NCBI GenBank assembly: GCA_013791935.1 | Contig: VMSV01000204.1 | Span: 13,415-77,414 of the forward strand | Source: Desulfobacteraceae bacterium | GTDB taxonomy: Bacteria > Desulfobacterota > Desulfobacteria > Desulfobacterales > UBA5616 | DNA length: 64,000 nucleotides | Reading direction: 5' to 3' | Part shown: positions 1-9,171 of the stretch, in pieces | Layout: each line of letters starts with the position of its first letter | Position numbering within the stretch: the stretch's first letter is position 1 | The notes under the pieces: model-generated | What the model was told of the DNA's origin: nothing | Database searches by the model: none | The model's input: only the letters and a program-made list of their open reading frames with translations | Position numbers and translations under genes: made by a program

Positions 1-311
1 CTGCTTGATGATCTGTTTCACCAGCAGAGGGTTGGTATTGCCTGCCCGCTCGGGCTCCACATCCCATCCGATGTTGGGTTTGATCACCACGGTCTGGTTG
101 GGCTTCACGAATTTCTTCATGCCGCCCATGGCTGCCATGGCCCGGTCGAACATCACGTCCGGTTCGCCTCCCTTGATGGCCACCAAATCAAAGGCATCGG
201 CCCCGGTTTTTTCTTCTGCGGCCATCAATGCCCTTTTGTCTCCCAGGGCCAGGAAAGCCCCGGCACCCAGGCCGATTTTAAAACTTTTCTTGAAGAATTC
301 TCTTCTTTTCA
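1..311 (-). CDS. DUF362-like protein with twin-arginine (Tat) signal; partial, 3' end lies beyond window start
   Basis: Reverse strand translates as MKRREFFKKSFKIGLGAGAFLALG... (RR Tat motif) then ...FDLVAIKGGEPDVMFDRAMAAMGG...VVIKPNIGWD, typical of DUF362. The ORF runs off the window edge, so it is absent from the ORF track. Confidence 0.5.
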
Positions 312-508
312 TGTTGGCCCCCCGTTGTTTTTCATTGGCGTGGAATCCATAAAACCGGTAAGCTTTCTAAGAGTTATTCCTAATTTTAAATACAAACTTA
401 TATTTTGTAAGGCAAGATTTCAGTTTCAAACAAAAACTTGGATTTTTTATAACCCATGATCCAGGGAACTTGCTGCAAGGTCTTGCCCAGCAGGGTTTCC
501 CCCGGAAT

Positions 509-536
509 TTGATTTTTTCCATGAATCCTGTATAAT
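509..536 (+). promoter_or_regulatory. candidate sigma-70 promoter (-35 TTGATT, 16-nt spacer, -10 TATAAT) upstream of the enoyl-CoA hydratase gene
   Basis: TTGATT at 509-514 and TATAAT at 531-536, about 60 nt upstream of the ATG at 595, which carries an AAGGAGG RBS at 584-590. Confidence 0.3.
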
Positions 537-594
537 GGGCCCATTCATAAGGGATTAAATACACTAAAATATTCAATCTGATAAAGGAGGTTCC

Positions 595-1398
595 ATGGAC
601 TTTGACTGTATCCTCTATGAGAAAAACAACGGGATTGCCACCATTCAACTGAACCGCCCCCGGGTATTAAACGCAATGAACCGGCAATTGTGGCTGGATA
701 TGCAGGTTGCATTAAAAGACGTGGAAAATGACCCCTTCATCAAAGTGCTCATTCTCACGGGAAACGGCCGAGCCTTCTCCACCGGCGCAGATCTTAAGGA
801 ATCCAAAGACCGCAGCTTGGAAGCCTACCGTCTCTATCTTGAAGAGCTTCAGGAAACCACACGAAAGCTCCTGAGGTTTGAAAAACCCATTATCGCAGCC
901 GTGAACGGGTTTGCCCTGGGGTCCGGATATGAACTGGCCCTGGCCTGCGATATTCGCATCGCGGCCCATGATGCCCAGATCGGATCTCCGGAAGCCAGAG
1001 TCTCCTCTTCCGTCACCGGTGGAGCCTTTCAGCTCATTCAGGCCCTCATCGGGCCGGGAAAAGCCAAGGAGCTTTTATTCACGGCAAAAAACATCAGCGG
1101 GCACGAAGCGGAAAGAATCGGCCTGGTCAATCTGTCTGTGCCGGGGGATCAACTCATGTCGACCGCCATGCGGATGGCTAAGGAGATCGCACAAAACTCA
1201 GCCTTATCTTTAAAGCTGATTAAAAAAGGCCTTGCCATGGCCCATGAGGTGAGTCTTGAAGCGTTGATGGATTTTGAAATTGAAGCTTGTCTGGCCTGTG
1301 TTTCAACCGGGGAGCGCCAGTCCTCCCTCAAAACCTTTGAGGAACGAAAAGATAAAACCGGCAAAAAAGAAGGGGAAAGGAGCGCCCATGACGCTTGA
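595..1398 (+). CDS. enoyl-CoA hydratase/isomerase (crotonase) family protein
   Basis: Crotonase-fold motifs: ...VLILTGNGRAFSTGADLKE... and AAVNGFALGSGYELALACDIRIA. Strong RBS AAGGAGG 5 nt upstream. Confidence 0.85.
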   Translation: MDFDCILYEKNNGIATIQLNRPRVLNAMNRQLWLDMQVALKDVENDPFIKVLILTGNGRAFSTGADLKESKDRSLEAYRLYLEELQETTRKLLRFEKPIIAAVNGFALGSGYELALACDIRIAAHDAQIGSPEARVSSSVTGGAFQLIQALIGPGKAKELLFTAKNISGHEAERIGLVNLSVPGDQLMSTAMRMAKEIAQNSALSLKLIKKGLAMAHEVSLEALMDFEIEACLACVSTGERQSSLKTFEERKDKTGKKEGERSAHDA

Positions 1399-3532
1399 AA
1401 GAATTTTAAACGCTGAATCCGTGGCCATTGTTGGCGCTTCCAAGGTGGACACGAAACGCGGGTTTCAAGCCATCCGCTCCCTTCTGGATGAAAAATATGA
1501 AGGCCGGATTTTTCCGGTGAATCCCAAGGAAAAACGCATTCTTGGATTGGAATGCTATTCAAAGATATCGGACATCAAGGAAAATGTGGACCTGGTCCTG
1601 ATCACCACCCCTGCCGGGACCATCCCGAACGTACTTGCGGAGTGCGGGAAAAAAGGCGTGGCCGGAGCCGTCATCATCGCGGGAGGATTTCGGGAAACCG
1701 GGGATACAGGGAAAAAAACCGAGGAAGATCTAATTGCTGCCGCCAACCAATACAATGTCCGAATCATCGGTCCCAATACATCCGGAATGATGAATTTAAA
1801 GACCAACCTCAACCTTGTCGGGCTCAAGGACGCCCCGAAAGGAACCATCGCCCTGATCTCCCAGAGCGGCAACATGGCCCTGAGCCTGTTTACCGAAGCC
1901 AAGCTGAAAAGCCGTGGAGGATTCTCTTATTATGTGGGGGTGGGCAACGAGCTGGACATTAAATTTCATGAATACCTGGAATTCTTCCGGGATGATCCGG
2001 ATACAAAGGTCATCCTCATGTATGTAGAAGGCATGAGGGAAGGACGGCGGTTTCTTCAAGAGGCCTATAAGACCACCCTTCGCAAACCCATTGTCCTGCT
2101 GAAAAGCGGGCGATCTTCCACCGGGCAGATGTCCGCAGGCTCCCATACCGGGGCTCTTGCCGGAATATCCGAGGTGGCCAATACGGCTTTTAAGCGGGCC
2201 GGGATCATTGTGGTGGAGAAATCCGACAATCTCTATTCCGTAGCTGAAACCCTGGCCAGCCAACCGGTCATCAAGAACAACAAAGTGGCGGTCCTGGCCG
2301 ACGGAGGAGGACACGCCACCATCGCCGCAGACATCCTCACAGATCTGGGACTCTCCATTCCGGAGCTCACCACCCGAACCCGGGAAAAACTGATAAAACT
2401 GCTTCCCTTTACTGCTGCTGTGAGAAATCCCGTGGATGTGGCCGGCGGAACGGATTCGGATCCCACGGTGTTTGCGGAATGCGCCCGCATCATTCTTAAA
2501 GACCCGAATATCGGGGGGTTACTCATGGTGGGCTTGTTCGGCGGATACGGCATCCGGTTTGCGGAAAGCCTGGCCTGGAAAGAAGAAGATGCTGCCCATC
2601 AACTGGGAAAACTCATCGGAAAACACAATAAGCCCATCGTTGTCCACAGCCTGTACAGCTCCGTGAAACCCCATGCCCTGGAGCTGCTTCGCTACTACGG
2701 CATTCCGGTGGTGGATTCCCTGGATATCGCATGCAACTGCATGGGCGCGCTGGATCAGAGAGGCCATTACCTAAACGAATACCACGCCAAAGTGAACTTC
2801 ATTTTCAACTGGCGGTCCAAGTCAAAGCCCGAAGGTCGGCGGATCATTGAAAACGTGAAAAAAGAAAATCGAAGGTTCCTCCTGGAAACCGAGGCCAAAA
2901 GGCTGTTTCAGATCCACGGGGCCCCCGTCACTGAGGACAAGCTGGCGGTCACGGCGGACGAGGCTGTAAGAATGGCGGAAGGCATGGGCGGCAAAGTCGC
3001 GCTTAAAATCGTTTCCAAGGACATTCTTCACAAGAGTGATGTGGGCGGGGTTCGGTTGAATGTCGGGACCAAGGATGAAATCAAAAAAGCGTTCAAGCAG
3101 ATTGTGAAAAATGTCAAAGCTCATCATCCCGATGCGGACATTAAAGGCGTGCTGGTTTCTCCCATGGCAAAACCAGGGGTTGAAGTCATCATCGGCACAA
3201 AACTCGATGATCAATTCGGCCCGGTGATCATGTTCGGGCTGGGTGGAATCATGGTGGAAGTCCTGAAAGATGTGTCCTTTCGGGTTTTGCCCATTTCCCC
3301 GCGTTCGGCGCGCCATATGATGGAGGACATTCGCTCGGCGCCCCTGCTGGACGGGGTTCGGGGAAAGGCCCCCCATGACAAGGCCGCGGTGAGAAAACTG
3401 CTGCTCATCTGTTCCGAAATTGTGGAGGCCTATCCTGAGATTGCTGAAATGGACTTGAACCCCGTGATCGTCTATGAAAAGGGCATCAGCGTGGTGGATG
3501 CCCGGGTCATTTTAAAAAAACCGTCCGAATGA
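1388..3532 (+). CDS. acetyl-CoA synthetase (ADP-forming) / NDP-forming acyl-CoA synthetase, fused alpha+beta
   Basis: N-terminal CoA-binding domain (VAIVGASKVDTKRGF), succinyl-CoA-ligase-like ligase domain (GPNTSGMMN, ALISQSGNM) and a C-terminal ATP-grasp domain. ATG at 1388 has a GAAGGGGAAAGG RBS and overlaps the upstream stop by 11 nt. The track ORF 1274 is an upstream extension. Confidence 0.8.
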   Translation: MTLERILNAESVAIVGASKVDTKRGFQAIRSLLDEKYEGRIFPVNPKEKRILGLECYSKISDIKENVDLVLITTPAGTIPNVLAECGKKGVAGAVIIAGGFRETGDTGKKTEEDLIAAANQYNVRIIGPNTSGMMNLKTNLNLVGLKDAPKGTIALISQSGNMALSLFTEAKLKSRGGFSYYVGVGNELDIKFHEYLEFFRDDPDTKVILMYVEGMREGRRFLQEAYKTTLRKPIVLLKSGRSSTGQMSAGSHTGALAGISEVANTAFKRAGIIVVEKSDNLYSVAETLASQPVIKNNKVAVLADGGGHATIAADILTDLGLSIPELTTRTREKLIKLLPFTAAVRNPVDVAGGTDSDPTVFAECARIILKDPNIGGLLMVGLFGGYGIRFAESLAWKEEDAAHQLGKLIGKHNKPIVVHSLYSSVKPHALELLRYYGIPVVDSLDIACNCMGALDQRGHYLNEYHAKVNFIFNWRSKSKPEGRRIIENVKKENRRFLLETEAKRLFQIHGAPVTEDKLAVTADEAVRMAEGMGGKVALKIVSKDILHKSDVGGVRLNVGTKDEIKKAFKQIVKNVKAHHPDADIKGVLVSPMAKPGVEVIIGTKLDDQFGPVIMFGLGGIMVEVLKDVSFRVLPISPRSARHMMEDIRSAPLLDGVRGKAPHDKAAVRKLLLICSEIVEAYPEIAEMDLNPVIVYEKGISVVDARVILKKPSE

Positions 3533-3608
3533 CCCACTTCCCCCGCATGGCAGGATAACGGAAAGGGTCGATCTATCCAATAAAGGCAGCGTTGAATACG
3601 GCTTGGAA

Positions 3609-5012
3609 TTAACAATAGCTGGTTCCGTCCCAGCAATGGGTACAAAGCTTTTCCTTGGGCAGGCCGATGGCCGCAACCAGGTCTTCCAGCCTCTGGTATT
3701 TGAGGGTGGTGAGCCGGAGGCTTTTACGGATTTTTTCGATCATGGCCAGATTCTTTTCGGAGCCTGCCTCGGCATAAAGCTCCAGATCTTTGTCCTCAGT
3801 ACCTTCCAACTCCTGGATGACCTTCCGTCCCGCCAGGTCCAGGGTGGATCGAGAAGTTGAAAAATTGAGGAATTCACATGGATGAATCAGGCAGGGACAA
3901 GCGGGCCGCATATGCACTTCCAGGGCTCCGGCGTCAAAAAGGACTTGGACATTGTCCTTGAGCTGGGTGCCGCGAACAATGGAGTCTTCACAGAAGAGAA
4001 GCCTTTTGCCCTCAATGAGCCTATGCACGGGAATGAGTTTCATCCTGGCCACCAGATCCCGCATCTCCTGGTTCTGGGGCATGAAGCTTCTGGGCCAGGT
4101 GGGGGTATACTTCACGAAGGGACGGCCATAGGGAATTTTTTTCCGGTTCGCATACCCGATGGCATGGCCGATGCCCGAATCGGGGATGCCGGCCACCACA
4201 TCCACTTCCACATCATCACTTGCGGCCAGGGCCGAGCCGCATCGATAGCGGACATCTTCCACATTGATTCCTTCATATTCCGATGCCGGGTATCCATAAT
4301 AGACCCATAAAAAAGAACAGATCTGCATACGGTCTCCGGGGGCAATGCGCTGCTCCCAGCCTTCCGGGGTTAACAACACCACTTCTCCGGGCCCTAAAAA
4401 GTGGTCCTCTTCATAGCCCAGATTTGGGAAAGCGCAGGTTTCAAAGCTAACCGCCGTAGCATCGGGCCGTCGTCCTATAACCAGGGGGGTTCTTCCAAGG
4501 CGATCCCTGGCAGCATAAATCCCGTTTTCCGTGAGCAGAAGAAGGGAGCAGGATCCCTTCAGGGTTTCCTGGGCATAGCGAATTCCCGCCTCAAAACTGT
4601 CTTCCTGGCAGATCAGCATGGCCACCACTTCCGTGGGGTTGATCTCCCCATCGGTGGTGTCGGAAAAGTAACTTTTTCTTAAAAAGGCTTTTTCAACCAG
4701 GTCCTCCATGTTTTTGATCCGACCCACGGTGACAATGCCGAAACTTCCCAGGTGGGAGCCGATGATCAGGGGCTGGGGATCCGTGTCGCTGATCACGCCG
4801 ATTCCCATGTTCCCATGGAATTGGTCCAGTTCGGATTCAAATTTGGACCTGAAATAACTGTTTTCGATATTATGGATGGCGCGATGAATGCCGTTTGCAT
4901 TTCGCACCGCCATACCACCCCTTTTGGTTCCCAGATGGGAGTGATAATCCGTTCCATAGTATAGATCGGATACGCAATCTTTTTTGGATACCACGCCGAA
5001 CATTCCACCCAT
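3609..5012 (-). CDS. amidophosphoribosyltransferase (PurF)-like class-II glutamine amidotransferase/PRTase; N-terminal nucleophile Cys replaced by Phe
   Basis: MFGVVSK aligns with PurF MCGIVGI. GNMGIGVIS matches PurF GNMGIGHVR. Type-I PRTase motif LLFCEDSIVRGTQL present. C-terminal Cys cluster (CPCLIHPC...CTHCWDGTSYC) fits Fe-S type PurF. Start chosen at MGGMFGVV (ATG 5012) with an AAGGAAAA RBS. Confidence 0.7.
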   Translation of the reverse strand: MGGMFGVVSKKDCVSDLYYGTDYHSHLGTKRGGMAVRNANGIHRAIHNIENSYFRSKFESELDQFHGNMGIGVISDTDPQPLIIGSHLGSFGIVTVGRIKNMEDLVEKAFLRKSYFSDTTDGEINPTEVVAMLICQEDSFEAGIRYAQETLKGSCSLLLLTENGIYAARDRLGRTPLVIGRRPDATAVSFETCAFPNLGYEEDHFLGPGEVVLLTPEGWEQRIAPGDRMQICSFLWVYYGYPASEYEGINVEDVRYRCGSALAASDDVEVDVVAGIPDSGIGHAIGYANRKKIPYGRPFVKYTPTWPRSFMPQNQEMRDLVARMKLIPVHRLIEGKRLLFCEDSIVRGTQLKDNVQVLFDAGALEVHMRPACPCLIHPCEFLNFSTSRSTLDLAGRKVIQELEGTEDKDLELYAEAGSEKNLAMIEKIRKSLRLTTLKYQRLEDLVAAIGLPKEKLCTHCWDGTSYC

Positions 5013-5471
5013 TATTTTTTCCTTTTTTTTATAAGGCTTTAAACGAAGTCTATGTTTAAGTGGGTCCTCTGAATTATTCAAGGGTTTTCTGCATCCAGAC
5101 CACATTAAAAATCCGGCCTTTTTTTTTGCCCACCCCTTTTAATTTGAAGATATCCATGACAGGGTTTTGATCTTCTTGGGTCAAGGGGGTTATTGGATGA
5201 ACCATGGCGGTATTTCCTTTTGTCCTTTGAGTTGTAATCGGTCTGATTTTTTTGCTGTGCGCATCATCATGAAGGAATTTTTCCGGATTTTCAATCTGAA
5301 AATGTTATCTGCCGCCCTGCCCTTTTTCCGATTTTTGTGGTTGACTTACGGGAATAAAAACAATAACAAACAGCACTTAACGCCCCTCTGTTCAAGACTA
5401 AAATCACTAACAAGGGATGGGCCACATGACGCGGACAATGGTTTTAAGAATGAACCCTCAAAGGAATCGCC

Positions 5472-7430
5472 ATGGAACTTTATTTCCTGTCGTTGACCCT
5501 GATTTTCTCAGGAGGTTTTTTAGCCCTGATTTTGAACCGGCATTTCACCGCCATGAAACTTGCTGCGGTGATCCCCATCAGTGCCGGGTGCCTTCTGGGT
5601 CTGGCGGATGCCGTTGTCAAGCTGGTCCATGGCGGGTCGGATAAAACCTCTTTTGCCTATCTCAATGCTTTTTCCCTTGATTTTCAGATGGACGCGTTGT
5701 CGGCCTTTTTTTTGATCACCATATTTTTCATCTGCCTGCTGGCATCGATTTACAGCTTCCATTATATAAACAAGCCTGAAAAGACCCTGAAATCTTCGGT
5801 GAGCTATCTTTTCTTTGCCATGCTCATTGTGGCCATGGCCCTGGTGGTGACGGCCAACAACATGATCGCTTTTCTTCTCTCCTGGGAAATCATGTCCATT
5901 TCCTCCTTTTTCCTGGTGATCTACAGCTATACGTCTTCGGAAAACCGATATGCCGGACGTCTTTATTTTATTTTCTCCCAGGTGGGGGCCATGTTCATTT
6001 TTGCCGCTTTCGGCCTGGTGTATCAGGTGACGGGTAATTTTGGATTCACTGATGCGGCAACCCTTTCCCAAGGGGTAAAACTGCTGGTGTTCATTTTTAC
6101 TTTTATCGGATTTGGTTCCAAGGCCGGGGTGTTTCCCCTGCATGTCTGGCTTCCCCACGCCCACCCTGCGGCCCCAAGCCACATCTCGGCGGTGATGTCC
6201 GGGGTCATGATCAAAACCGGCATTTACGGAATTTTAAGAATGTATGCTGTTTTGGACCTGCACACGCCCATTTTGGGGAACATTGTTCTGGCCGCGGGCA
6301 TGGTGTCAGGCATCCTGGGAGTGGTTTACGCACTGGGGCAACATGATCTGAAAAGGCTTCTGGCATACCACAGCGTTGAAAACATCGGCATCATCCTCAT
6401 TGGCCTGGGCATCGGCATGATGGGGGTTTCTTCGGGTAAACCCGTGATGGCGGTGATGGGGTTCGCCGGTGGGCTGCTTCATGTGATGAATCATGCCATT
6501 TTTAAATCCCTTCTGTTTATGGGTGCGGGAATGGTCCTTCAAAAAACCGGCACCGGGACCCTGGACGTTCTTGGTGGGCTACTTAAAAAAATGAAAATCA
6601 CCGGGGCCACGTTTCTGATCGGGTCCATGGCCATTTCGGGGCTTCCGCCCTTTAACGGATTCGTAAGTGAGTTTTTTATCTACCTGGGGGCGTTCAAAGG
6701 AGTCTTGCTCACCGGAAAGCCCCTTGTATTGAGCTTTTTGGGCATTGTGAGCCTGGCGGTCATCGGCGGCCTGGCCCTGGCCTGTTTCACCAAAGTGTTG
6801 GGGGTGGTGTTCCAGGGAGAGCCCAGAAGTGAAGCGGCCAAAGACGTTAATGAGGATGGCTGGTCCATGCTGGTCCCCATGGTGATCCTTGCCGCGTGTT
6901 GTGTGATCATCGGGGTTTACCCAAAATGGTTCATTCTGGCAGCGGTCAAAGCCATCTATTCCCTTAACCCGGGGTACGGTCACATCCCCCTGGATGGTTT
7001 TATTGAGATCACCGGCAATATCTCCCGGGCCGCGTCCCTTTTCTTTGGGGTGATTCTTTTGGTTTTTGCCATTCGTTTCCTGGCGTACAAAAACAAACCC
7101 ATCACCCGGAGAGGGACATGGGGATGCGGTTTTACCCAGCCCACGGCAAGAATGCAGTATACCGGATCATCCTATGCCGCGTCCATTCTAGAATTTTTCA
7201 GGCCGGTGGCTCCTCTGGAAGAACATCATACGGAAATTTCCGGCGTGTTTCCCAAACAGACCCATTATGCCGGCCATGTTCATGACATTGCCGAACGATA
7301 TATGAAAAGGGTGACCGTTTATCCGGTGATGACCCTGTTTGACAAGCTTCGCTTTATTCAGCACGGGGATATCCACCTGTACATCGGGTATATCCTGCTG
7401 GCAATCGTCGTGCTTTTGTTCTTTATATAG
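5472..7430 (+). CDS. complex I NuoL / hydrogenase-4 HyfB / Mrp antiporter-like membrane subunit
   Basis: 652-aa polytopic membrane protein with the proton-pumping antiporter motif WLPHAHPAAPSHISAVMSGVMIKTGIYG. First gene of the six-gene module. Confidence 0.8.
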   Translation: MELYFLSLTLIFSGGFLALILNRHFTAMKLAAVIPISAGCLLGLADAVVKLVHGGSDKTSFAYLNAFSLDFQMDALSAFFLITIFFICLLASIYSFHYINKPEKTLKSSVSYLFFAMLIVAMALVVTANNMIAFLLSWEIMSISSFFLVIYSYTSSENRYAGRLYFIFSQVGAMFIFAAFGLVYQVTGNFGFTDAATLSQGVKLLVFIFTFIGFGSKAGVFPLHVWLPHAHPAAPSHISAVMSGVMIKTGIYGILRMYAVLDLHTPILGNIVLAAGMVSGILGVVYALGQHDLKRLLAYHSVENIGIILIGLGIGMMGVSSGKPVMAVMGFAGGLLHVMNHAIFKSLLFMGAGMVLQKTGTGTLDVLGGLLKKMKITGATFLIGSMAISGLPPFNGFVSEFFIYLGAFKGVLLTGKPLVLSFLGIVSLAVIGGLALACFTKVLGVVFQGEPRSEAAKDVNEDGWSMLVPMVILAACCVIIGVYPKWFILAAVKAIYSLNPGYGHIPLDGFIEITGNISRAASLFFGVILLVFAIRFLAYKNKPITRRGTWGCGFTQPTARMQYTGSSYAASILEFFRPVAPLEEHHTEISGVFPKQTHYAGHVHDIAERYMKRVTVYPVMTLFDKLRFIQHGDIHLYIGYILLAIVVLLFFI

Positions 7431-7445
7431 GGATTGTTTAACACC

Positions 7446-7571
7446 GAAATGGCCAATTTGCCCAATTTCTGCGTTGGACAAAAATTTTAATCCTCAAAAT
7501 ACTATAAGTATTCCTGCGGTTAAAATTTTTGTCCGCCTTGAACTTGAACAAATTTTCTCATTTCTGGATGG
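7446..7571 (+). repeat. MITE-like ~130-bp structured repeat, copy 1, in the intergenic leader before the NuoH-like gene
   Basis: About 90% identical to the reverse complement of 39591-39723. Contains a 15-bp perfect stem GGACAAAAATTTTAA...TTAAAATTTTTGTCC with a nested AATACT/AGTATT hairpin. Ends 37 nt before the ATG at 7609. Confidence 0.6.
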
Positions 7572-7608
7572 GCAATAGGTAGTTTCCATTCAATAAAAAG
7601 GGAACCTG

Positions 7609-8526
7609 ATGATTTCTATTCTTCTTTACATTCTTGCGATTCTTGTTTCACCGTTTTTTGCTGCGGTGATTCTCAAGGTGAAGGCCTTTTTCGGAGGGAA
7701 AAAGGGTCCGCCCCTGCTCATCCATTACTACACCCTGATCAAGCTCTTTAAAAAAGGATCGGTCTACAGCACCAGCACGACCTATATCTTTAAACTAGGG
7801 CCCGTGGTTTCTCTGGGCACGGCGGCAACCGCGTTGATGTTTCTTCCCATCGCCGGTTTTTCACCGCTTATTTCATTCAAGGGCGATATCATTTTTGTTT
7901 TTTACCTTCTGGCCCTGGGCCGGTTTTTCACCATTGCCGCAGCCATGGACACAGCCTCCCCGTTTGAAGGCATGGGGGCGGCTCGGGAAGCCTATTTCCC
8001 CATCATCTGTGAGGCTACCTCCTTCATGATCGTGATCCTGTTCTCCCGGCTTTCCGGAGAATTGAACCTGGCCGCCTATTTTTCCGAGAACCAGCCCATG
8101 GTTCTGTGGCAGAATGCCGGGGCTGCTCTTGTTTTTGTGGTGGTGGCGTTTTTCATTGTACTTCTCACGGAAAACGCCAGGGTTCCCGTGGACGACCCAG
8201 CCACCCATCTGGAGTTGACCATGATCCATGAGGTCATGGTTCTGGACCATAGCGGCCCGGATTTCGGATTGATTGAACTCGGGTCTTTTATAAAATTGTT
8301 TTTTTATTCAACCATCGTGGCGAGACTGGTTTTCCCCTTTGATTTGGGGAGCGGAGTGGCCAACGGCGGGGCTTTTGCCCTTACCCTGTTGTTCCTTTAT
8401 ACGGTGGCAGGGGTGGTTGAGTCGATCATGGCGCGCTACAGAATGGACAAGGTGCCCAAATTTATCCTCACCTCCTTTGCCCTGGCCTTTGTGGCAACCC
8501 TGATCACCCTGGAGGTCATAAGATGA
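7609..8526 (+). CDS. complex I NuoH / formate hydrogenlyase subunit 4 (HycD/HyfC)-like membrane subunit
   Basis: 305-aa membrane protein with NuoH/HycD-like helices. RBS AAAGGGAACC. Confidence 0.75.
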   Translation: MISILLYILAILVSPFFAAVILKVKAFFGGKKGPPLLIHYYTLIKLFKKGSVYSTSTTYIFKLGPVVSLGTAATALMFLPIAGFSPLISFKGDIIFVFYLLALGRFFTIAAAMDTASPFEGMGAAREAYFPIICEATSFMIVILFSRLSGELNLAAYFSENQPMVLWQNAGAALVFVVVAFFIVLLTENARVPVDDPATHLELTMIHEVMVLDHSGPDFGLIELGSFIKLFFYSTIVARLVFPFDLGSGVANGGAFALTLLFLYTVAGVVESIMARYRMDKVPKFILTSFALAFVATLITLEVIR

Positions 8527-9164
8527 CGCAACTTGTTGACATCATATTGTCCCTATCCCTTTTGTCCATCATCTTTTCATTCGGTTCCAGCCGGTTGCAG
8601 GGATTGATCAAGGCCCTGGCCTTTCAGGGCATCGTGGTCTCCATCGTTCCCTTTTTCATGGGGCACGAACTTTCCGGGGGCGACATCATTTTTTCCCTGA
8701 CCACCCTTCTGATTCGGGGCATCGGCATTCCCCTGTATCTTTACTCGGCCATTGAAAAAATAGCCGTCCATCGGGAACTTGAACCCATCATCGGCTACCA
8801 CGGGTCCATTCTCATCGGGCTTCTCATGGTTGTGGCCGCCATGTTCGTGAGCCGAAAGATCAACGTGCCGTCAGCCAGCGACAGCTTACTTCTGCTACCC
8901 ACGGCCATGGTTTTGCTTTCCGGGGGCATGTTTTTGATGATGGCCCGGCGAAAAGCCATCACCATGGTTTTGGGGTACATGACCATGGAAAACGGCATCT
9001 ATCTGGTGGGAACCACATTTTCCGTGCGGGCACATCATATCGTGGAATTCGGCGTGCTTCTGGATGTTCTTGCCGGAGTCATGATCATGGCCGTGATTCT
9101 TCAAAATATGAAACAGGGGGCGGAAGATCCGGACATGGCCCTTAACAAAATTTCCAAGGAGTAG
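8523..9164 (+). CDS. hydrogenase-4 component E (HyfE)-like small membrane subunit
   Basis: 213-aa hydrophobic protein. 4-nt start/stop overlap with the previous gene; size and position match HyfE. Confidence 0.65.
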   Translation: MTQLVDIILSLSLLSIIFSFGSSRLQGLIKALAFQGIVVSIVPFFMGHELSGGDIIFSLTTLLIRGIGIPLYLYSAIEKIAVHRELEPIIGYHGSILIGLLMVVAAMFVSRKINVPSASDSLLLLPTAMVLLSGGMFLMMARRKAITMVLGYMTMENGIYLVGTTFSVRAHHIVEFGVLLDVLAGVMIMAVILQNMKQGAEDPDMALNKISKE

Positions 9165-9171
9165 GTCATTC

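Noticed and set aside
5-352. 115-aa plus-strand ORF at the window start
   Set aside because: Antisense to a much better DUF362/Tat-signal reading frame on the minus strand. Low-complexity Ala/Pro/Ser-rich translation.
7455-7480. Possible sigma-54 or sigma-70 promoter inside the repeat (TGGCCAATTTGC; TTGGACA...TACTAT)
   Set aside because: Spacing does not fit the TGGCAC-N5-TTGC consensus. The putative -10 is not conserved in copy 2.
7339-7578. 79-aa ORF, and 39551-39760 69-aa ORF, sharing a conserved peptide
   Set aside because: The similarity is because both read through the two copies of the same DNA repeat. No RBS. More parsimonious as a non-coding element.
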